Shown here one piece after another: positions 55,801 through 64,000 of a stretch of 64,000 nucleotides of DNA. The position numbers and the translations under genes were made by a program. The DNA comes from Ramazzottius varieornatus (Eukaryota; Animalia; Tardigrada): the NCBI GenBank assembly GCA_001949185.1, contig BDGG01000005.1, positions 2,469,249 to 2,533,248 of the forward strand, read 5' to 3'. Position 1 is the first letter of the stretch; the number at the start of each line of letters is the position of its first letter. A model generated the notes under the pieces. It was not told where the DNA came from. It ran no database searches and was given only the letters and a program-made list of their open reading frames with translations.

Positions 55801-58800
55801 ATTCTGGCCGACGATGGTACGTTAATCCCCACCCAGAATTCCGCAACTTCGAAAGCAGTTACACACGCAATCAATCAGATATAGGAACTCGCAGTAACAC
55901 TGCTCTCCCAAGTGGCGCACTGTTTTCCCCATGCTCCACTTGACGAATCGATTTTGAAGAGTTTCGTTTCTCTAGTGGCGCACGTTGTTGATGGTTTTGC
56001 CTAGCGCGTGCGCCACTTCGAAAAACCGATCTGATCGACTTTCCCGAGACTCCATGCACGCAGATTCAGAAAGTAAGGTCGGTGGTTTTTCGTGGAATTT
56101 TATCACCTGGTAATATTGTGACGACCTGTTGACACATGTTTTTGGTTGTTCGTTGACGCGAGGACAATTGCACAGCTGAGGATGTAATAATCGCCGGCTT
56201 GTGCATCTGCCATATTTTCCTGAACTTTCTCGCATTTTTTCTTGGTATGATTACAGAGATACCGGCGATACCTGAGCACTGCGGCCTTCAGACGCCAGCC
56301 AGCTCCTTGATGTATACCTTCAAGCAGACCTGCTACCAAGTGCAACGCTTCAGCGCTACTAACTGGTACAACGCCATGTTGTCTTGCCAGGACAATGGTG
56401 GCTCGTTGCTGGCCAATTCCGATTACGACACGACGAGTTTCATCAATAACGTCCTCAATAACCTGTATCGCTTTCACACCTCAAACGATCGCTACTGGAT
56501 CGCCGCAAAATTGTCCAAGGCTGAAACCACATGGAATTACATCGTTCATAGTAAGAAACACCATTTAGGTGGCGCCACCCAGCACTGCTAACATACTGTG
56601 ATATCCAGAGCCATTCGATCTTCGACCTCGAATTATCTGCGGGCCAGTTTCTTACCGTTTTCCCAGTATTTAAAACTTTCCGTAAATGTGGGGATGGACA
56701 AAAATGTGGGGAACGGAGCGAAAGCGGCACGGGTGAGCTGAGGTTGACCAATCAGTAAATCAATCGGAGCACAGCCGCTTNNNNNNNNNNNNNNNNNNNN
56801 NNNNNNNNNNNNNNNNNNNNNNNNNNNNNNCCCACATTTAGGCCAGGCGCGTGTACAGCACTTGTGTGGAAACGGTTAGACATATGCATGCAGAGGTCTT
56901 TAGAATCGAATGAAGTGTTCCGTTTGAATAAACATTTGCTAGGTGGCGCTTCCACGGTGAGAGAAGGTTTTTCATTCGAGATTGAGTGCTCGGTTTCTAT
57001 CGTAAACTTCTTTTTTCTTTTGTTTTTAGATGTATCATCCGCGGTTGATCAGTTCTTCTGGGCGCCAGGCCGACCCTTGAATGATGGTCATGCGGCATTC
57101 GATTCGTGCGTGGCGCTGGGTGGACATGGCGCCACCAATTGGTCATGGGCTGATTACCGCTGTGACCAAGACGCCGCAAATTGGATCTGTGCTTACGGTA
57201 GGTGGACAGTGAGTTCGTTGTGTGGTGCACCTCGGCCTTATCTTACACCAACAGATCTCACCCTCCCTTTTGCCGTTCTTGTAGGCCCACGAGGTTGCGG
57301 AGATCCGATGCAGCCGCCTGCTTCGGCGCTCTTGGTCGCCGACAAGATCGTCGGAGCGAATGGCTGGAAGGTTGGCGATCGCGTGCAGTTCGAATGTGCA
57401 CCTGGCCATGTTCTCGCTGGCGCCGCTGACTCGGTCTGCCAAGCTGATGGCACTTGGAGCTCTTCGTACACCGACTGCGTTTGTAAGACCATTCCGCCGT
57501 CCCATTTTTGAGCGACTAGGTTCTTGTAGATCTGCCAAATGTAGAAAAATGAATATTGGTATTTCACAACTTAGTTTTCCGATACTTCAGACTAAGATGT
57601 TTTTTATCTCGCTCTGGTGTGAGGATTCCTGTCTTTAGCTATAGGATCACCGTTTTCTTTACGATTATCTGACATACTTTTACCTTTCCATAATTATCTA
57701 ATCCTGTTTCTGTCGTTTGCAGTTGTTCCTTGTGGAGATCCGCCAAGGAGGACCCACTTATCCCAGAACCTTCTGAACGGAACGACGTCATACGGTAGCT
57801 TCGTCCAGTACTCCTGCGTGGATGACGGCTTTAAGGTGATCGGGGACAGTATCATTGGGTGCCAAGCTAACGGAACATGGGAAGTCCTGGACGTTATGTG
57901 TGAAGCTTCCTCCCTGCATTTGAGCACTGCCGCTGACGCATCAGAAGACGTCCATGCCAACGAGGTCCTGGAACCCGCACCTGCTGTCAGCATGCCTCAT
58001 AGCGAGTCGGTGGCTGTTGGAGTCGGAGTGGCGCTGTCACTTCTCATACTGGTGGTCGTCTTCCTCTTTTGCGGACTGTAAGTATTGCACAAATCTCTTG
58101 AACTGAACTGCCGCTATTACTGAGTGCTCCCGTCATTGAAAATTTGATACACTATTCGCGCAGTTTGTTAACCTGGTGTTTTGGGACTGATCTGTCGAAA
58201 ACTGTCATGAGAAGGATGTCGTTCCCAGCTGACTGTTCAACAGAAACCGACGGCAAAGCGATCACGATTGTGCAATGAATTTTGACGTGCTCTTTTATGC
58301 TCTCCTGTCTCTTTTCAGGCGTTACAGGAAGCAAAAGAAATCTCAGCAATCCTCTCCAGCTTCGTCCATCACGAAACGGACATCACCATACGGGACAGTT
58401 CGTCGGCTCCATGCAAGCCAGATTTCCGCACCCATCGCCAACCTCCAAAAGGTCAACTTGACCCCCAAACAGTCCATCTACGACGACATGACCTCACCAC
58501 AAGTTTCCACCCAAGTTTCCGTTTCCGACGAGTCGTACTCGCGCACTGACCCTGAAGGCTCCTCTCTCGCCCCTTCTGACCCCAGTTCCAACTACCTTCG
58601 CTCCTTTGGCAAAGCCGGTCTGATCAAGCTGTACAACAAAGCCAAGACTGGTGGGACACTCCGGCTGTCCCTCAGCACCAACGACGACACACCCAAACGA
58701 GAACGACCTAGGGTACCGAAGCTGGTCATCAGCAGCCCCATCGAATGCCGGAAGACTGTAGTGCTTGATTCTGGTCAGACCGGACAGGAAGTCATCTACG

Positions 58801-59048
58801 CTCAACCGGCCAAACTAAAGAATGGGCAGCCGGGTAACGAGAACCAGTATGAATATCTGGAGACGGCCAGGGTACGTGGGGGATATGGTTCTACGGATGA
58901 AATAGACCACGATGATGGCATGTATGCGGACACTGCGCTGACGGGCTCGCTGAGGCTGAGCAAACCCTTGAGACATTCTCTACCTCCGGTTGAAGAAATT
59001 TATGACGATGCTAGAAGTGGTCCTCATGATAAATATATTAACTGTTGA
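49847..59048 (+). CDS. Type I membrane protein: signal peptide, sushi, FTP (F-type lectin fold), sushi, FTP, C-type lectin, sushi, sushi, TM, Tyr-motif tail (furrowed/CG9095-like architecture)
   Basis: Signal exon 49847-49973 splices phase 1 to 52187. CCP repeats (ATYSCLPGY...WTGQTPVC; AVYDCNAGF; VQFECAPGH; VQYSCVDDGF). FTP motifs (NIAIRQDAKQSS...AVDG...LCEVEVF; NVAQYRSASQSS...AVDA...PWLQIDL...ICDVQI). CTL motifs (WYNAMLSCQDNGGSL...YWIA...WADYRC). TM VAVGVGVALSLLILVVVFLF; last exon to 59048. Some internal exons are unresolved. Confidence 0.85.
52691..52737. repeat. Family A inverted-motif pair
   Basis: AGGTGGCGCGC...GTGCGCCACTT, 47 nt, about 50 nt into an intron of the lectin receptor gene. 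Confidence 0.8.
55910..56018. repeat. Two tandem family A pairs
   Basis: 55910-55941 (internally deleted) and 55973-56018 (46 nt); intron of the lectin receptor gene. Confidence 0.8.
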
Positions 59049-59476
59049 CAAGGCATACAGGCTTCCTTTTGAGATTTGTGAGCAAACTTGAAACGTTTTA
59101 TGTCCTTTAATATGTTTTGAAGCTTCCATGTTGGTCTGAACGTCAAAGAAACGTGCTGAAGGGAAATTTTGGAAACTAAGCGGGGCTGAACTGTTTCACG
59201 AAGACAAACTGTATTAATATTTTCGTGAAGAGCTGCTGGATAACGCCGACGCTGCATTACGAAACCCATTAGTTATCTATTGATATTTGGACTGAGTCAC
59301 GACAATACCGGTATCTGTTTGGCCGATACGGTTATCAGTATCGATACCTGAGAATTCGCCTTCTTCCCGAGATACCTCTGAACCATGCTAAACCTACCGG
59401 ATTTCTGTAGTATCGACCAATTGGTTACTCTTCGTCAAATTCTGTCTCGTTAAATTTACTTACACAACTGTGGAAG

Positions 59477-60121
59477 ATGTCGTCGCGAGTTGATCTCAGA
59501 CTGTGGGTGATCGGAGCTATCCTGGCCATCGCATGTCTAATTCAAGGTAGACGGGATATGAGTGTAATAAAGAACGTGTAATCCAACGAAAGTTTAACTA
59601 TAGGCTCCAGTTCGGCTGTGTCCAGGTGTCACATTTGTAACTCGGAGAATGACGCCTGGTGCAAGGAGGTGCCAAACGACAGAGAACCGAGCAACTGCGC
59701 AGACTGGTGTCAGCAACAGAATGGAATCCACATTCCACCATCCTACGTGGCCCCCACTGGGCATGAGATGAACACTACGAGATGCCCCAAGTTCAACTCC
59801 TGCCGCAAGTCCGTATTCAGAAGTACGTAAGCTCCAGTGAACTATGAAAAGACCCGTTGTGATTGGTGAATGTATCATCTTACAGTTAGTGGCGCAGCGA
59901 ACCCTCATGACAACAACGATGTAACCCGCATCGTTCGAGCTTGCGGATTTCTTGGAGACGAATCGCAACAAAAGCACAACCGTCGAGCGCAGGGTGGAGG
60001 ACTACAAAGCGAAATAGCTGTGTGTTTCGACAAGGATGGATGCAACATAGCGATGTCGACTATCAAACAGATCTCGGTATTGGTAGCCACTGTGGTGGCG
60101 GTAGTGGCATACTGTATTTAG
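59477..60121 (+). CDS. Ly6/uPAR three-finger (quiver/sleepless-like) GPI-anchored protein
   Basis: Three exons: signal peptide MSSRVDLRLWVIGAILAIACLIQG, RCHICNSENDAWC...SCRK...RIVRACG...CFDKDGCN, then a hydrophobic C-terminal GPI-type signal. Confidence 0.85.
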
Positions 60122-60777
60122 TGTGTGACTATGCTTCGGCTCGGGCAACAGCGAAGAGTTGATTTTAGAGGCTATTTCGTCAAGCGGTTCGCCGGTACAG
60201 TGCATTAATTGTTGCTTCCATCGGAGTACACAAATATGTTCGAGTTATAAGACAGTACTGTATACATACAGAGCAAGCTGAAAAATAAGCGATTGAAAAT
60301 TTAAGTAGCATGTGTTATAATAATAGGATTATCTCGTAGAAGTATTCATTCACCGTTGAAAAGGGAGCACTAGGTGCGCAGGTAATGTTGCTCTTTGCTG
60401 CTCGGGTAATGTTGGGAAACTCATTTAGTTCAGTTCAGCGTGCAGACCACCGCTGTCCTGTCAATGATCTTTGCGTCGTTTTGGTTCCTCTTGACGTTCT
60501 GGACTGTCGTCCATGCGTTTGGTCGGGGAGAGGTCGGCGGGATGGGGAACAATCTTTCGATCTTGTGGTGTAGGTGGCGCTTCTGCCGGCGGCGACGGAA
60601 GCACTATTTTGCCTTGCGAAGTCTCAATTTTTGCAAACTTCCAGAAGAATCCCATTTTCTGCTCGTCACTAGAGAAAGAATAACTAAATTTCAACTGTCC
60701 CGCCTTCCGAAACTGCTTACTGAAGACGATACACATGATGAGACGATAGGCTCCATCGTTAAGCGGCAACTCCATGA

Positions 60778-62286
60778 CTATAGACTGCAATTTGGTCCCA
60801 TATGGATATGTACTGGTACACCATCTCTGAAGTCCTCTGCGTCAATTCGCAGGCAATCTCTAACTTCATTTTGATAAATATGTGCGACGTCCATCGTCCA
60901 CGTTTTCTTATATTTCTTTGGAGTGATTTGTCCACGGAATGAACCACCACCTTCAACTGATACTTGAACGTTGCTGCATGTAGCAACCATCACTTCTCTA
61001 TTTTCCCTATGCTTTATTTGCTTCGCCGCTTCAGTCCGATCACGTCCGGGCATTTTACCAAGAGCACGTACTTCTGCGACCACCACCGGCTCTACCACCC
61101 TTCCTGTTGTCCCGTTTCTGGTCACCCGATCCGATACCGTAGTGTTAACCACGGTTTGATGAGATGTAACAACAGATGGGCTCACGGTAGGCTCCTTCGC
61201 AGTCTGGCTCTTCGCTCTCGGGTTGTCTTTTGTTACTTTGGTTCCTTCATTTAGCCGTTTCCCCGCTACCTTCCAGTGACTGTCTGCTTTCTGTTCGTGC
61301 CTTCTTGGCGACGGCGCAGTCGAACATTCGTTCGATTCAGAGCTTCGTGGATTATCCGCGTTGCCATTCTTTCTGCTTCCGGCAATATCAGGCTGTACGG
61401 CGGGCAAACGTGGTATCGGTGACATGGTGTTCGGTGTCGTTTTAGCCTGGTTGGTCCCACTAGCTGTTTCGGGGGGTGGTTTCTTCTTGGGGAGACTACC
61501 TGCTCTTCCGCTGGCTGATACATCTGTTCCAAAAAGCCCTGTGCTGGTCTGAGTTTCGAAATCACCACTTGTCTTCTTCTCATGGACTGCCGCCAATGTT
61601 GCAAGCCGCTGCTGGGTTGCGTCTGGCTGATGGAGAATACCGGGGTCATCCGCACGACCCACCACGTTGGATGTTTCATTAGCAATGGTGGTCGAGACTG
61701 ATGTCAGGGCATCGTTCAACTGTTGCTTTTTGGGTATCTTATAGGTCTTAAGAATAAAAGGGACATTGCTGGCCGTCCTCGGACTTCTACCACGTTGATC
61801 ATCTTCTGGCGGAAGGGTGGGGGTGGAGCTCGAGTCTGTTGTTGCTGGCTGACCTGTGTGGTTCTTCTTGAGGGCGTCCTTGAAGCTCTCCTGTCTCTTG
61901 CTGTGGCCATCCACCGCGGACTGCGAAGCAGCTGAGTAGTGCGAAGCGTTGATAGGTTCGCTCTCTACATTCTCAGAAGGAGAGGAAACTGCATGTGCAG
62001 CGCAAGAACTGTCGCAATTCGCACACGGTTGGTCAGGACCCGTCAAATCGATTCCCTCGTATTTTACTTTGGTGGTAGACGCATATGCCGACGGGGTACC
62101 TGCAGGTGGCGGAACTTCCCCAGCATTTTCTTCCATATCGCTGCTTGGACGAGATGATGTGGTGGTATTTGGTGGATCTTTTTGTGAATCAATCTTCGCG
62201 GGCGATCCTTGTTCGACTTTGATTTTGGGTACCGCAGAGGTTGTCGTTCCGAGTACCGATGCGTATTGGGATTGTTCTTTTTCCAT
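60778..62286 (-). CDS. Uncharacterised, largely disordered Ser/Thr/Pro/Lys-rich protein (possible extra 3' exons to about 60461)
   Basis: 502-codon uninterrupted ORF with polar low-complexity composition; no domain recognised. Confidence 0.65.
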   Translation of the reverse strand: MEKEQSQYASVLGTTTSAVPKIKVEQGSPAKIDSQKDPPNTTTSSRPSSDMEENAGEVPPPAGTPSAYASTTKVKYEGIDLTGPDQPCANCDSSCAAHAVSSPSENVESEPINASHYSAASQSAVDGHSKRQESFKDALKKNHTGQPATTDSSSTPTLPPEDDQRGRSPRTASNVPFILKTYKIPKKQQLNDALTSVSTTIANETSNVVGRADDPGILHQPDATQQRLATLAAVHEKKTSGDFETQTSTGLFGTDVSASGRAGSLPKKKPPPETASGTNQAKTTPNTMSPIPRLPAVQPDIAGSRKNGNADNPRSSESNECSTAPSPRRHEQKADSHWKVAGKRLNEGTKVTKDNPRAKSQTAKEPTVSPSVVTSHQTVVNTTVSDRVTRNGTTGRVVEPVVVAEVRALGKMPGRDRTEAAKQIKHRENREVMVATCSNVQVSVEGGGSFRGQITPKKYKKTWTMDVAHIYQNEVRDCLRIDAEDFRDGVPVHIHMGPNCSL

Positions 62287-63843
62287 GATGATCTGTTGGC
62301 TATCGTTTGAACAACCTAGTCAGGAAGACAAATTTCATGTACGTGCTACCGAAACTCGTTATCCTGTCGCCCATTGCTTCAAACAAGTACGCCAAGTCGA
62401 CAGGACTTCTGACAAGTGTACTTTAATGGTAAATTATTTTACTTTGACAGTGGCGCCACCTGGCCGAATCATCAGGCATTATACAGACTCACGAAGTGTA
62501 ACAATGCAGTCATGCACGGTAGGAACCCGGGTACCGCTTTCGAATGCTTATTTGATCCTTGCTTACAGTGTCCATGTGGCAACCCAAGGCTGTTGGGCTG
62601 TTCAAACTTGGACAAAGTTTGATTCATCATGCCACCATATTATGGCATGGAGGCATAGCTAATGTGTGCTTGTTGGAAGAAGAATCACAGAGTTCCAGTG
62701 AGCCCATAAATTCTTACCTCGTAATGCCGATGGCATGGACGGCATGAAGACTAACGTCGTTGGACGAGTATCAGAGTGCCGAGAATCTGGTGCAATGCTA
62801 GGTTGAAAGTGGGAAATTCAAGATGGCGGATATGCTGATGGAGAGCGTTGTATGCACCAGTCCTGCGGAGCAAGTTAGCTCGTTTAGTTCGTTTAGCTCA
62901 TTTCGCCTTTCTTCTACGAGGTTTTTACAAAAAGCTCATCGAGGTTCGTGCGCTGCACAGCCCTGTTTTGCGTTTTCAGCTCTGGTATGCACATCGAGTT
63001 GAAAAGGAGAAATATAGGAAATGACTGTATGGTGGTCCTGAATCCTGATGCGAGAATTGCGAGTCGACTGCAGTCAAGTGATCGGCGCCCGTGAAATGCA
63101 GCTGCCTTGCGAGAAGCAAGTGGGTCTTCGATAAGCTGTGTATCTGGAAGAAGAAATCAATAATGTTGGTGTTGAACGAGACGTCAAATAGACACTTTCG
63201 GAAGGTAGTAAAGGTTGGAATGAAGCTCGACAGTGAAGAGCTGCTGGCATGGCACTGTACGGAATACCCACCTTGATTCTCAGCTGATCTAAGCGAGCGA
63301 GAAACAGCAGGTTTATCAGACGAACTAGCAGCCTCGGCAAGAGCCGCGACCATCGATACGCGGATGGTGCTACAAAAAGTCGACATACTGTACTCGTACA
63401 GTAGACGACAATGGTGGATGCAGAAAGGTAAAAGACGGAAACAGAGAGCGAAACAGCGCTGCCGTCATACATCTTGGTGTGTTTACATGTTGGCTACAGC
63501 AGTGCTGCGGTTGATCGACGGTATGCGAAGTGTGACTTCGAGACGGCAGCATACATTAAGATAAGATCATGACCTTCATTCCTGGTCACTTTGTAGAAGA
63601 CACAGTGCGGATTCGAAGCGGTCTGACACAGTCGAAAACTCCTCTCATCAACACACGCCCCTCCTCAGTCTATGATGAGGGTTTCCTAATGTCCTTCCAT
63701 GAGCAAAAACCAAGCTGAGCTTTTCACTTAATCCACTGTGTAAAGCGATCATCTCCAGTCCGAAGGGCGGACTTGCAGTCCAATCATAATCTCTTCGCAA
63801 AGCTGCAAAATCCCGATGCATGCGCGCAGCCTACTTCTGTGCA

Positions 63844-64000
63844 TAGTGCTGGCAACGATACGGTATACCGATATCGTATCGAAATATATCGAATCTTTGC
63901 GATAAAATATGCGGCAGATATCGTATCGATGATATCGATATGAAGCTCTTATCTAATAACGCAATAAAATATTCGGCGATATCGTATCGCACCATATCGA
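63844..64000 (+). mobile_element. CGATA-rich hAT-like MITE, left part (runs off the window)
   Basis: Starts TAGTGCTGGCAA, followed by dense GATATCG/TATCGA repeats; colinear with the reconstructed 42781-44158 element. Confidence 0.75.

Noticed and set aside
60778-62286. Identification as Dsup or a CAHS/MAHS protein
   Set aside because: No HMGN-like RRSSR motif or CAHS helical repeats; composition alone is insufficient.
61949-62662. 237-aa plus-strand ORF and the many other 60-200-aa antisense or alternative-frame ORFs in the track, including those crossing N gaps
   Set aside because: Shadows of real exons, non-ATG starts or gap artefacts, with no recognisable motifs.

Overview
Compact, intron-rich animal genomic DNA, almost certainly from a eutardigrade. 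The first gene is cytotardin, the tardigrade lamin-derived cytoplasmic intermediate filament, ending in ...[20 protein letters not shown]. Short introns and tight gene packing fit a Ramazzottius-like genome, but the species is an inference. Genes in order: cytotardin (3' part), PNPO, a UQCC4/CCSMST1-like gene, NFX1, two tandem ANF-receptor-domain membrane proteins that lack kinase and cyclase domains, SF3B4 head-to-head with DHX8/Prp22, a receptor guanylyl cyclase bracketed by two identical solitary 5S rRNA genes, ACMSD, a multiply frameshifted processive GT2 glycosyltransferase pseudogene (HGT candidate), a sushi/FTP/C-type-lectin receptor, a Ly6/quiver-type GPI protein and a disordered orphan ORF. 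The most striking unexplained structure is in the introns. Most introns longer than about 160 nt in the housekeeping genes carry a pair of inverted motifs at near-fixed spacing: family A, AAGTGGCGCAC...GTGCGCCACTT, span mostly 46-47 nt, 14 pairs at 11 loci; family B, GCACCTGCATAC...GTATGCAGGTGC, span 54 nt, period 75 nt. Also found: a three-element nested MITE cluster that can be unpicked from its TSDs, two further MITE families, a cyclase with altered guanine-specificity residues, an intron presence/absence difference between tandem paralogs, and a GC-AG intron bounded by a 9-bp direct repeat. All exon structures were spliced by eye and no database searches were run.
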